A DNA stretch of 32,000 bases from Raphidiopsis brookii D9 (GTDB lineage Bacteria > Cyanobacteriota > Cyanobacteriia > Cyanobacteriales > Nostocaceae). A program made the position numbers and the translations under genes. The notes beneath the pieces were generated by a model. It did no database searches and was not told the DNA's origin. It saw nothing but the letters and a program-made list of their open reading frames with translations. The stretch covers positions 450,001 to 482,000 of the forward strand of contig ACYB01000035.1 of assembly GCA_000175855.1 (NCBI GenBank), in the 5' to 3' direction. Positions within the stretch are counted from its first letter, which is position 1. Each line of letters opens with the position of its first letter. This document shows, in pieces, positions 10,073 to 19,114 of this stretch.

Positions 10073-11209
10073 ATGACGGTGTGCGAGTATAAGCCAGGTT
10101 TAGAGGGAATTCCTGCAGCCCAGTCTAGTATTAGTCATGTGGACGGGCAAAAGGGAGTTTTAGAGTATCGTGGCATTAAAATTGAGGAACTGGCAGCTAA
10201 AAGTACCTTCTTAGAGACTGCCTATCTCCTAATCTGGGGGAAACTACCCACTAAGGAGGAACTGGTAGACTTTGAAGAGGAGATTATCAGCCATAGACGG
10301 ATAAAATACCGTATTCGGGATATGATGAAATGCTTTCCTGAAAGCGGACATCCGATGGATGCTTTACAAGCTTCAGCAGCAGCATTAGGACTATTCTATT
10401 CTCGTCGAGATCTCCATAATCCGGTATACATCCGAGATGCAGTAGTGCGGTTAATAGCCACAATCCCCACCATGGTAGCGGCATTTCAACTAATGCGTAA
10501 GGGCAATGATCCAGTTAAACCTAGGGATGATCTGAATTATGCTGCCAACTTCTTGTACATGCTCAATGAAAAAGAGCCTGATCCCTTAGCGGCAAGAATT
10601 TTCGATGTTTGCTTAATTCTTCATGTTGAGCATACCATGAACGCATCTACTTTTAGTGCACGAGTTACGGCTTCTACACTAACCGATCCCTATGCTGTTG
10701 TAGCTAGTGCGGTAGGTACTTTGGGTGGACCATTACATGGGGGGGCTAATGAAGAAGTTATACAGATGTTAGAAGAAATTGGCTCTGTAGATAATGTTGC
10801 GCCCTATTTAGAAGACCGTCTGCAAAAAAAAGCCAAAATTATGGGGTTCGGACATCGTGTCTACAAAGTTAAAGACCCCAGGGCCACAATTCTACAAGAC
10901 CTAGCCCTACAACTATTCGATAAGTTTGGATCTGACGAATATTATGCTATTGCTCAAGAAGTAGAAAGAATCATGACCGAGAAAGTTGGTAATAAGGGAA
11001 TATATCCTAACGTTGACTTCTATTCCGGTTTAGTCTATAGGAAGATGGGCATTCCGACAGACTTGTTTACGCCCGTATTTGCGATCGCTCGTGTTGCTGG
11101 TTGGTTAGCTCACTGGAAAGAACAACTAGAGGAAAATCGCATTTTCCGTCCCACCCAGGTTTATAACGGTCTACATGGAATAGCTTACACTGCTATAGAT
11201 CAGCGTTAA
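10073..11209 (+). CDS. gltA: Citrate synthase
   Basis: Motifs GPLHGGANE, MGFGHRVYK and NVDFYSG. I place the start at the in-frame ATG at 10073 (MTVCEYKPGLEGI) rather than the TTG at 10037 given in the ORF track. Confidence 0.92.
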   Translation: MTVCEYKPGLEGIPAAQSSISHVDGQKGVLEYRGIKIEELAAKSTFLETAYLLIWGKLPTKEELVDFEEEIISHRRIKYRIRDMMKCFPESGHPMDALQASAAALGLFYSRRDLHNPVYIRDAVVRLIATIPTMVAAFQLMRKGNDPVKPRDDLNYAANFLYMLNEKEPDPLAARIFDVCLILHVEHTMNASTFSARVTASTLTDPYAVVASAVGTLGGPLHGGANEEVIQMLEEIGSVDNVAPYLEDRLQKKAKIMGFGHRVYKVKDPRATILQDLALQLFDKFGSDEYYAIAQEVERIMTEKVGNKGIYPNVDFYSGLVYRKMGIPTDLFTPVFAIARVAGWLAHWKEQLEENRIFRPTQVYNGLHGIAYTAIDQR

Positions 11210-11215
11210 TGATGA

Positions 11216-11242
11216 GGGGGGGAATCAAACCTTGTTCCCCCC
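11216..11242 (+). terminator. GC-rich hairpin just downstream of gltA (possible terminator)
   Basis: GGGGGGAA (within 11216-11224) pairs with TTCCCCCC (11235-11242) around a 10-nt loop, 7 nt after the gltA stop. There is no clear U-tract afterwards. Confidence 0.35.
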
Positions 11243-11450
11243 TTAGAACCAATCTCAATCATAAGTAGAAGTTGTTATCTGGGATCAATTGACGAAACCC
11301 ATCTAAAGATATACTAGACTCAGTAATTGGCAACAAGTCTGCCATTAGCCACCATCTCAGTTGAGATGATACACCAGTGAATTTACCTTTATTAATTTAC
11401 CTAATATTCGTAGATTTACGACAAGTTGACGACTACAAAGAGTAGCAAAA

Positions 11451-12569
11451 ATGAATGTAGGAATAGACCTCCAAGGAACTTTTATTCAATCGGTGAAGGA
11501 TTTAGGAATCCCAGCCGGGGTAGCCAAAGCTATTTGGATGCCATTGCCGATGATCTTAATGTTGATTGGGGCCACAGTAGGCGTGTTAGTTGCTACTTGG
11601 CTAGAGCGGAAGATATCCGCTGCTGTGCAGCAAAGAATTGGTCCAGAATATCAAGGTCCATTTGGTTTGCTAGTACCTGTAGCCGATGGTCTAAAACTAA
11701 TATTTAAAGAAGACATAGTACCAGCCAAAGCAGATGCCTGGTTATTCACTTTAGGACCGATTATTGTAGTAATCCCGGTATTTTTATCATTTTTGATAGT
11801 ACCGTTCGGGGAAAATATAGTCATCACTAATGTTGGTCTAGGTGTGTTTTTATGGATTGCCCTATCAAGTATTCAACCGATAGGGTTACTAATGGCTGGT
11901 TACGCATCTAATAACAAATACTCCTTGTTAGGGGGACTGCGAGCAGCAGCACAGTCCATCAGTTATGAAATACCCCTAGCATTGAGCGTTTTGGCCATAG
12001 TCATGATGTCAAATAGCTTAAGCACAATTGATATAGTCAACCAACAATCTCACCTGGGGATTTTAGGTTGGAACGTTTGGAGACAACCACTGGGTTTTAT
12101 CATCTTTTGGATTGCAGCTTTGGCGGAGTGCGAACGTTTGCCCTTTGACCTACCAGAAGCAGAGGAAGAACTAGTAGCTGGATATCAAACCGAATATGCG
12201 GGAATGAAATTCGGTTTATTTTACCTAGGTTCCTACATTAACCTCATCCTCTCCTCCCTACTAGTAGCAATTTTATACTTGGGAGGTTGGCATTTACCCA
12301 TACCAGTTAGCCTCTTAGGTCAATGGTTAGGACTGAGTGAAACCAGCTCGATTTTACAAGTCATCACAGCGGCTTTAGGTATTACCATGACAGTGTTAAA
12401 GGCTTACTTTTTGGTATTCCTAGCCATTTTAATTCGCTGGACAGTGCCCAGGGTAAGAATTGACCAGTTATTAGATTTAGGGTGGAAATTTCTACTGCCA
12501 ATTGGACTAGTCAACCTGCTGTTAACCGCAGGTCTGAAATTAGCCTTTCCCAGTGTTTTCGGTGGTTAA
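11451..12569 (+). CDS. ndhA: NAD(P)H-quinone oxidoreductase (NDH-1) subunit 1, NdhA/NuoH
   Basis: 372-aa polytopic protein with [41 protein letters not shown] and [21 protein letters not shown] motifs. Confidence 0.95.
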   Translation: MNVGIDLQGTFIQSVKDLGIPAGVAKAIWMPLPMILMLIGATVGVLVATWLERKISAAVQQRIGPEYQGPFGLLVPVADGLKLIFKEDIVPAKADAWLFTLGPIIVVIPVFLSFLIVPFGENIVITNVGLGVFLWIALSSIQPIGLLMAGYASNNKYSLLGGLRAAAQSISYEIPLALSVLAIVMMSNSLSTIDIVNQQSHLGILGWNVWRQPLGFIIFWIAALAECERLPFDLPEAEEELVAGYQTEYAGMKFGLFYLGSYINLILSSLLVAILYLGGWHLPIPVSLLGQWLGLSETSSILQVITAALGITMTVLKAYFLVFLAILIRWTVPRVRIDQLLDLGWKFLLPIGLVNLLLTAGLKLAFPSVFGG

Positions 12570-12603
12570 GAGTAATAATTAAGGACTACAGAAGAGATAA
12601 GCC

Positions 12604-13188
12604 ATGCTAAAGTTCCTCAAACAAGTTGGTGATTACGCCAAAGAAGCAGTACAATCGGCCCGTTATATTGGACAAGGTTTAGCAGTGACCTTTGATCACA
12701 TGCAACGGCGTCCTGTTACTGTACAATATCCCTACGAAAAATTGATTCCTGGTGAGCGATTTCGCGGTAGAATTCACTATGAATTTGATAAATGCATCGC
12801 TTGTGAGGTTTGTGTTAGGGTTTGTCCGATTAACCTACCAGTGGTGGATTGGGAAATGGACAAAGCTACTAAGAAGAAAAAGCTTAAACACTACAGCATA
12901 GACTTTGGAGTTTGTATTTTCTGCGGTAATTGTGTAGAATACTGTCCTACCAATTGTTTATCCATGACAGAAGAATACGAATTAGCCACCTACGATCGCC
13001 ACGAACTCAACTATGATAGTGTTGCGCTTGGAAGATTACCCTACAAAGTCACCAATGACCCCATGGTGACACCCCTGCGGGAACTGGTTTACCTACCGAA
13101 AGGAGTCACCGAACCCCATGGAGTTCCTGCTGATGCTCCCCGTGCTGGTTCCCTTCCACAAGACCTAGTGGAGAGTGGTCGGGAGTGA
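12604..13188 (+). CDS. ndhI: NDH-1 subunit I (NdhI), 2x[4Fe-4S] ferredoxin-type
   Basis: Two CxxCxxCxxxCP motifs ([12 protein letters not shown] and [12 protein letters not shown]). It sits immediately after ndhA. Confidence 0.95.
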   Translation: MLKFLKQVGDYAKEAVQSARYIGQGLAVTFDHMQRRPVTVQYPYEKLIPGERFRGRIHYEFDKCIACEVCVRVCPINLPVVDWEMDKATKKKKLKHYSIDFGVCIFCGNCVEYCPTNCLSMTEEYELATYDRHELNYDSVALGRLPYKVTNDPMVTPLRELVYLPKGVTEPHGVPADAPRAGSLPQDLVESGRE

Positions 13189-13224
13189 TTGGTTATTTGT
13201 CAAATATCAAAAGGATCTAAAACA

Positions 13225-13833
13225 GTGAATTTAGGTGAAGGAGTACAATCGGTTTCATTTGGCATCTTGGGTGCAATGATGATTGGTGCAGCATTAGGTG
13301 TGGTGCTGTTCTCTAATATCGTTTATTCTGCTTTTTTGCTGGGTGGTGTGTTTATCAGCATGGCTGGACTATACCTATTGCTCAATGGGGATTTCGTAGC
13401 AGCAGCTCAAGTGTTGATTTATGTAGGAGCTATTAACGTCCTCATATTGTTTGCTATCATGTTAGTAAACAAGCGTCAAGACTTTGCTGCCATACCTAGT
13501 GCTGGTTTACGAAAAATAGTCACAGGTGTGGTTAGCTTGGGACTATTTGCCCTTTTAAGCACCATGGTGTTAGCAACACCCTGGGGTAACACCACCACAC
13601 CACCAGCAACCCAAAATTCCGTAGTTGTAATAGGTGAACACCTATTTAGTGATTTCCTACTACCCTTTGAATTGGCTTCAATCTTATTATTGATAGCCAT
13701 GGTGGGGGCAATTATTCTAGCTCGACGGGAATACCTACCAGACCAGGTTACCCCATCTGAGCTACCACAAACTATCCTCACCTTGCCAGAGCGTCCCAGG
13801 GAATTGGTATCTAGTACTGGTAATCAGGAATAA
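13225..13833 (+). CDS. ndhG: NDH-1 subunit 6 (NdhG)
   Basis: Hydrophobic protein. The VNLGEGVQSVSF... N-terminus matches the usual NdhG start (MNLAEGVQ-like), so I prefer the GTG at 13225 over the TTG at 13189, which abuts the ndhI stop. Confidence 0.9.
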   Translation: MNLGEGVQSVSFGILGAMMIGAALGVVLFSNIVYSAFLLGGVFISMAGLYLLLNGDFVAAAQVLIYVGAINVLILFAIMLVNKRQDFAAIPSAGLRKIVTGVVSLGLFALLSTMVLATPWGNTTTPPATQNSVVVIGEHLFSDFLLPFELASILLLIAMVGAIILARREYLPDQVTPSELPQTILTLPERPRELVSSTGNQE

Positions 13834-13857
13834 ATTTCCATCAGCAATTGGTCAATC

Positions 13858-14163
13858 ATGCAACTCCAATCCTTTTTATTACTTGCAGCAGCTTTGTTTT
13901 GTATTGGCATTTATGGCTTAATTACCAGTCGTAATGCCGTTCGGGTACTTATGTCCATTGAATTGTTGTTAAATGCCGTGAATCTAAATTTAATGGCATT
14001 TTCCAATTTCCTAGATTCAAATTTAATTAAAGGCCAGGTATTCACGGTTTTTGTGATTACCGTAGCAGCTGCAGAAGCAGCGGTAGGTTTAGCCATAGTT
14101 TTAACTATTTACCGTAACCGTAATACCGTTGATATGGAGCAGTTTAACCTACTCAAGTGGTAA
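13858..14163 (+). CDS. ndhE: NDH-1 subunit 4L (NdhE)
   Basis: 101-aa protein with 3 TM helices and the [11 protein letters not shown] motif. Its position after ndhG matches the canonical ndhAIGE order. Confidence 0.93.
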   Translation: MQLQSFLLLAAALFCIGIYGLITSRNAVRVLMSIELLLNAVNLNLMAFSNFLDSNLIKGQVFTVFVITVAAAEAAVGLAIVLTIYRNRNTVDMEQFNLLKW

Positions 14164-14169
14164 CATTGC

Positions 14170-15090
14170 GTGCAACTCAAGCAGGTAATCATTGCTTACA
14201 AAGCACGGGACTCTCAAAGTAAACGTTGGGCAGAACTCTGTGCAAAACAACTAGAGAAGCGTCATTGTCAAGTTATGGTTGGACCAAGTGGACCTAAAGA
14301 TAACCCCTACCCCGTATTTTTAGCCTCCGCTACCCAACCTATCGACCTGGCTCTAGTATTTGGTGGAGATGGCACAGTTTTAACTGGTGCTAGACATTTG
14401 GCTCCAGCTGGTATCCCCATTTTAGGGGTAAATGTGGGTGGTCATCTGGGGTTTTTAACTGAGTCCATGGATGAGTTTCAGGAACCTGAACTAGTTTGGG
14501 ATCGACTATTAGAAGATCGCTATGCCCTACAAAGACGGATGATGTTACAAGCAGCTGTTTATGAGGGACCTAGGATTAACCTGAAACCGGTAACTGAAAA
14601 CTTCCTCGCATTAAATGAGTTTTGTATTAAACCCGCTTCAGCGGATAGAATGATAACCTCAATTCTAGAGATGGAAATTGATGGAGAAGTAGTTGATCAG
14701 TATGTGGGGGATGGATTAATTGTTTCTACCCCCACTGGGTCTACTGGTTATACGGTTTCTGCCAATGGTCCAATTATGCACGATGGCATGGAGGCTATTA
14801 CCGTCACCCCCATTTGTCCTATGAGTCTTTCCAGTCGTCCTTTAGTGTTACCACCTGGTTCTGTGGTCAGTATTTGGCCCCTGGGTGATTATGATTTAAG
14901 TACCAAGTTGTGGATGGATGGAGTGTTATCCACTTCTATTTGGCCCGGTCATCGTGTGGATGTGCGCATGACTGACTGTCGGGCTAAGTTTGTTATCTTG
15001 CGGGCCAATAATTCTTATTATCAGACCCTGCGGGAGAAGTTACTTTGGGCTGGTACTAGGGTTCACTACGGTAATAACCATCATAATTAG
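14170..15090 (+). CDS. nadK: NAD+ kinase (NadK/PpnK); GTG start 6 nt after the ndhE stop
   Basis: GGDGTVL motif, NVGGHLGFLTE motif and STPTGSTGY motif. 306 aa. Confidence 0.9.
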   Translation: MQLKQVIIAYKARDSQSKRWAELCAKQLEKRHCQVMVGPSGPKDNPYPVFLASATQPIDLALVFGGDGTVLTGARHLAPAGIPILGVNVGGHLGFLTESMDEFQEPELVWDRLLEDRYALQRRMMLQAAVYEGPRINLKPVTENFLALNEFCIKPASADRMITSILEMEIDGEVVDQYVGDGLIVSTPTGSTGYTVSANGPIMHDGMEAITVTPICPMSLSSRPLVLPPGSVVSIWPLGDYDLSTKLWMDGVLSTSIWPGHRVDVRMTDCRAKFVILRANNSYYQTLREKLLWAGTRVHYGNNHHN

Positions 15091-15323
15091 GAGAAATCCC
15101 CTTGTATAGCTAGGGATCTGGTGCTGGGTAGTTTCTAACTAGAATCATACTTTCCATCGTTCACGGAGAGATAGGCGGTTATGGAGTCTCCATATCGTTC
15201 TGATATAGAATACACTTAATTATATAGGCATTCTGGAAGAATTGCCTAGGCCTAGATATTTTTATTCAGCTACTAACCCTTATATTTTTTTGATTATGAC
15301 CGAAAATTATCCTCAAGCTATCA

Positions 15324-16061
15324 ATGGCAAAAAAGTTAAAAATTCACGGTTTAGATGGTTCCATAGATGCTTATTTGGCACAACCTGTAGCAACTGGTAT
15401 CTATCCAGGAATTGTGGTCTTGCAAGAGATATTTGGCGTAAATGAACATATTCGCGATGTCACTGAACGAATTGCCCGGTTAGGGTATGTGGCCATCGCC
15501 CCTGCTCTTTTTCAACGCCAAGCACCAGGATTTGAAGCAGGATACAGCCCAGATGAAATTGAGATTGGTAGAAAATATGCTTGGTCACAAACTAAAGCTA
15601 CAGAGCTACTGGGTGATATAGGATCCAGCATTAATTATCTCAAAACCTTGGAGAATGTGCAACCAGCTAATTTTGGTTGTATAGGATTTTGCTTTGGGGG
15701 ACATGTAGCCTATTTAGCAGCCACTCTCCCGGATATTAAGGCCACAGCCTCTTTCTATGGCGCTGGAATCCCTACCCGCACCCCCGGAGGTAATCACCCT
15801 ACCCTACTGCGTACATCGGAAATTTCTGGCACTATTTATCTGTTTTTTGGCATGGAAGATGCTAGTATACCCCAGGAACAGGTAGATGAAATTGAAGATA
15901 CTTTAAAAAAACACCAGGTTCCCCATCGGATCTTTCGCTACGATGGAGCTAATCACGGATTTTTTTGCGATCACCGCGCCAGTTATAATGTTAAAGCTGC
16001 TGGTGAAGCTTGGGAACAAGTTCAACAACTGTTTAACCTACTGGTGAAAACTAATGATTGA
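15324..16061 (+). CDS. Dienelactone hydrolase family protein
   Basis: 245-aa alpha/beta hydrolase with a nucleophile-elbow Cys (GFCFGGHVA) and a C-terminal ANHGF motif, typical of the DLH family. Confidence 0.8.
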   Translation: MAKKLKIHGLDGSIDAYLAQPVATGIYPGIVVLQEIFGVNEHIRDVTERIARLGYVAIAPALFQRQAPGFEAGYSPDEIEIGRKYAWSQTKATELLGDIGSSINYLKTLENVQPANFGCIGFCFGGHVAYLAATLPDIKATASFYGAGIPTRTPGGNHPTLLRTSEISGTIYLFFGMEDASIPQEQVDEIEDTLKKHQVPHRIFRYDGANHGFFCDHRASYNVKAAGEAWEQVQQLFNLLVKTND

Positions 16062-16083
16062 TCAATAACAAACTATCTGGAAA

Positions 16084-17031
16084 TTGTCTACCATTAATCC
16101 ATTAAATATCTTGCCCTCATCTTCAAAAATCATGACTTCTCCATCTGAATCTTCTCAAATAGCTACCTCATCTTTTTCCATGGATGATTTTGCTAAGGCT
16201 TTAGAAAAACACGATTACCAATTTCAAAAAGGACAAACTGTACGCGGTAAAGTATTTCAACTTGACCATGACGGAGCCTATGTCGATATTGGTGGTAAAT
16301 CATCAGCATTCCTTCCCCGAGATGAAGCTTCTTTGAGAACAGTCACGGATTTATCGGAAATTCTTCCCCTAAATGAGGAGATGGAGTTTTTGATTATTCG
16401 TGAGCAAGATGCGGAAGGTCAAGTTACTATTTCCCGTAGACAACTGGAAATTCAGCACATTTGGGAAAAAGTTGCTCAAATGCAAGAGAATTCCCAAAGC
16501 ATCCCCGTAAGAGTTATTGGTGTGAATAAGGGTGGTGTGAATGTGGAGGTTCTTTCCCTACGTGGTTTTATTCCCAAATCCCACTTGCTCGAACGGGAAA
16601 ATCTAGAAGCTCTCAAGGGACAAACCCTTACTGTCGGTTTTTTAGAGGTGAACCGCGCTAACAAGAAGCTAATTCTTTCTCAACGATTGGCAACTCGTTC
16701 CAGTAACCTCAGTTTATTACAGACTGATCAGTTGGTCACCGGTAAGGTGACTGGGATTAAGCCATTTGGTGTGTTTGTTGATTTGGATGGGGTGAGTGCC
16801 CTACTCCATATCAAGCAAGTTAGTCAGAAATTTACTGAGTCTTTGGAAAAGGTCTTCCAAATCGGTCAGGAAATTAAGGGTATTGTTATTGATATAGATG
16901 AAAGTAAGGGGAGAGTTGCTATTTCTACCAGAAAATTGGAAAACTATCCCGGTGAGGTGTTGGAAAATTTAGCAGAAGTGATGAATTCTGCTGATGCTCG
17001 CGCTAATAGGGTTAGTAGCACTCCAGAATAG
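16084..17031 (+). CDS. 30S ribosomal protein S1-like protein (three S1 RNA-binding domains; resembles the cyanobacterial second S1 paralog)
   Basis: Repeated S1 OB-fold signatures (GQTVRGKVFQLDHDGAYVDIGGKSSAFLP; VIGVNKGGVNVEV..RGFIP; GKVTGIKPFGVFVDL.GVSALLH). The start could instead be the ATG at 16132. Confidence 0.85.
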   Translation: MSTINPLNILPSSSKIMTSPSESSQIATSSFSMDDFAKALEKHDYQFQKGQTVRGKVFQLDHDGAYVDIGGKSSAFLPRDEASLRTVTDLSEILPLNEEMEFLIIREQDAEGQVTISRRQLEIQHIWEKVAQMQENSQSIPVRVIGVNKGGVNVEVLSLRGFIPKSHLLERENLEALKGQTLTVGFLEVNRANKKLILSQRLATRSSNLSLLQTDQLVTGKVTGIKPFGVFVDLDGVSALLHIKQVSQKFTESLEKVFQIGQEIKGIVIDIDESKGRVAISTRKLENYPGEVLENLAEVMNSADARANRVSSTPE

Positions 17032-17032
17032 C

Positions 17033-17669
17033 TCATTCATTGATTGACAACAAACCAGGGGGAGGAGTAATTTCAATCCGTCTATTGGCTAAATCTACCA
17101 CAGGGACAATTTCCATGACAAAGGGAATTAAAACCGTCTTTCCCCCTAAGTTCCTATTCCAAGATGGATCACATTTTACCTCCAACAAGTCGTGTCCAGA
17201 AGGTAGTATATCCGTTACATCCCCTATCCTCTCCCCAGATTCTTGCATAAATACAGGTAGTCCTATCAAGTCTATAACGTGAAACTCTCCTGGACCTAAT
17301 TCCACGCGATCGCTTATTGGTACAAATAGTCTACCCTCCCTCAGGTTTTCCGCAGCATTGCGATCGCCTATACCATGCAGTTTAATTACATATAGATTTT
17401 TGCCTTCCACATACCGACCATGTAATAACTGTACCGGTTGAGGTGATGGTTCTCCCGGGAGCAATAACCAGCGAGTCCCCGGTTCTTCAAACCGTTCTGG
17501 AAAATCAGTCTGAGGATAAACCCGCATTTCCCCTGTTAACCCTTGAGGTGCAACGATTTTACCAATTTCGATCCAATCATCTAGGTTGGGGAATGGGAGA
17601 CTCGGATTTGTTTCCCCTTTTTTTTTGCTCTCCAGTTGCTTGTTTTCTCTTTTTATTTTCCCGCTTCAT
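17033..17669 (-). CDS. rimM: 16S rRNA processing protein RimM; the 5' region is frame-disrupted or lacks a canonical start (see findings)
   Basis: RimM/PRC-barrel sequence (RVYPQTDFPERF, FHVIDLIGL, LIPFV..IV..VDL...RIEI). The conserved N-terminal strand DDWIEIGKIVAPQGLTGE is in frame upstream of the listed ATG (17527) but has no ATG/GTG/TTG before it. The only nearby ATG (17669) is in the adjacent frame. Confidence 0.8.
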
Positions 17670-17675
17670 TGTGAC

Positions 17676-18947
17676 TTATTGATGATAAACCTCTTGAGCA
17701 ATCTTCGCCAAACGCTGCATACCAATACTAATTTCTTCATCAGTACCTGTCAAACTAATGCGTAGACATTGATGTTTGTGTTCCCAATTCTCCTCTAACC
17801 CGGGAAAGAAACTACTACCCGGTACAACTATCACACCAACCTTCTTTAACTGCTGGTAAAATTCCCAGTCACTAACGGGTAATTCCCGTAGCCATAACCA
17901 GGCAAAAATCGCTCCCTCACCCCGATGTAAAAACCATGGTAAATCCTTGGGCATTACCGCATCTAAAGTGCTTTCCAATACATCAAATTTATGCTGATAA
18001 AAAGGTCTAATCACAGTTTCCGCAATATTTGCCAGGGCCCCTGATTCTATAGCACGAGTGGCGATCGCCTGACCATATCTAGAAGAATGAATACCAGCAT
18101 TAGTTTGAAAACACTCTAATACCTGTAATAATTTTTCCTCACCGATAGCCACCCCAATTCTTTCTCCTGGCAACCCAGCTTTTGACAAACTGATACAGTG
18201 GATAATATTCTCACCAAATACGGGTTTCATTTCGGTAAAATTCAAAGCTGGGAAAGGGGGCGCATAGGCGGAATCTATTAAGACTGGTACATCATAGGGC
18301 GTGGCCAGGGCGGCAATTTTTTCCACTTCCTCATTGGTTAACACATTACCTGTAGGGTTACAGGGACGAGAAAAAATCACACAACCTGTTTCCCCAGTAA
18401 TAGAAAGCTGGGTAAAATCAGGACGATATTTAAAACGATGATTTACACCATCAACATCCAGAGTTGGTTTATAGGCAATTAAAGATTCTGGACAGATGCT
18501 GACACCACCATATCCTGTGTAGTCTGGACTGAGGGGCAAAACAATTTTTTTTAATTTACAATCCTCAGTATATCCACCATAAGCATTGGCTGCATAAAAG
18601 TAAATAGTTTGACTACCAGCGGTGACTAAAATATTACGTTCTGTCAACTGCAAGCCATAACGCTGATTGAAATCCTTAACGATAGCAGCAATAAAGGGTG
18701 CATAACCCTGAGAAGAACCATAACGACAGACAACCTCTCCATACTCAGAACTGGCTAATAAATCCGCCGTACACTCTCGCCATAATTGCTCTACTTCTGG
18801 TAGTATCAAGGGATTGCCAGCACTGAGATTATATAATACCTGCCCTTGATTTGCTCTAAGTGTTTCATTTATATCTTTCATAATTGCTCTAACGCCAGTT
18901 AAGTTAGACATTTGAGCGCCAATTTTAGTTAGGGCAGGTTTGATCAT
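17676..18947 (-). CDS. avtA: Class I/II PLP-dependent aminotransferase, valine-pyruvate transaminase (AvtA)-like
   Basis: PLP-lysine context SLSKAGLPGERIG, PCNPTGN motif, and an N-terminus (LTKIGAQMSNLTGVRAIMKDIN) that resembles the E. coli AvtA N-terminus. I prefer the start at ATG 18947 (MIKPALTK) to 19004. Confidence 0.75.
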   Translation of the reverse strand: MIKPALTKIGAQMSNLTGVRAIMKDINETLRANQGQVLYNLSAGNPLILPEVEQLWRECTADLLASSEYGEVVCRYGSSQGYAPFIAAIVKDFNQRYGLQLTERNILVTAGSQTIYFYAANAYGGYTEDCKLKKIVLPLSPDYTGYGGVSICPESLIAYKPTLDVDGVNHRFKYRPDFTQLSITGETGCVIFSRPCNPTGNVLTNEEVEKIAALATPYDVPVLIDSAYAPPFPALNFTEMKPVFGENIIHCISLSKAGLPGERIGVAIGEEKLLQVLECFQTNAGIHSSRYGQAIATRAIESGALANIAETVIRPFYQHKFDVLESTLDAVMPKDLPWFLHRGEGAIFAWLWLRELPVSDWEFYQQLKKVGVIVVPGSSFFPGLEENWEHKHQCLRISLTGTDEEISIGMQRLAKIAQEVYHQ

Positions 18948-19027
18948 AGTTGTTACAAAAGTTACAAATTTTAGGAGTTGTAGGGTGTAAGATGATGTAA
19001 CCATATCACATCCTACCTAGTTTAACA

Positions 19028-19078
19028 TTAAAAATAAAGCTCCACCCTGATTATGATGCTAAAGCACCAGGAGTGGAG
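19028..19078 (-). terminator. Intrinsic terminator downstream of the MscS-family gene
   Basis: The minus strand reads CTCCAC(T)CCTG-18 nt loop-CAGGGTGGAG, a 10-bp stem with one bulge (19078 to 19040). It is followed by CUUUAUUUUUAAUG, about 37 nt after the stop at 19115. Confidence 0.6.
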
Positions 19079-19114
19079 ATAGAAAAATTTGACAGCTTAG
19101 AAACTCCCAAAGAG

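Noticed and set aside
11426-11707. 93-aa ORF overlapping the start of ndhA in another frame
   Set aside because: It overlaps the well-supported ndhA frame and has no conserved features.
13476-14096. Minus-strand ORFs 13476-13781 and 13911-14096
   Set aside because: They are antisense shadows of ndhG and ndhE.
15242-15445. 67-aa ORF overlapping the dienelactone hydrolase start
   Set aside because: It is in a different frame over the DLH N-terminus. The 233-bp intergenic region (15091-15323) contains small imperfect hairpins, but nothing I can assign to a known RNA.
17040-17682. Plus-strand ORFs 17040-17282 and 17443-17682
   Set aside because: Both are antisense to rimM or its 5' region and have no motifs. 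The 17443-17682 ORF simply mirrors the rimM N-terminal coding region.
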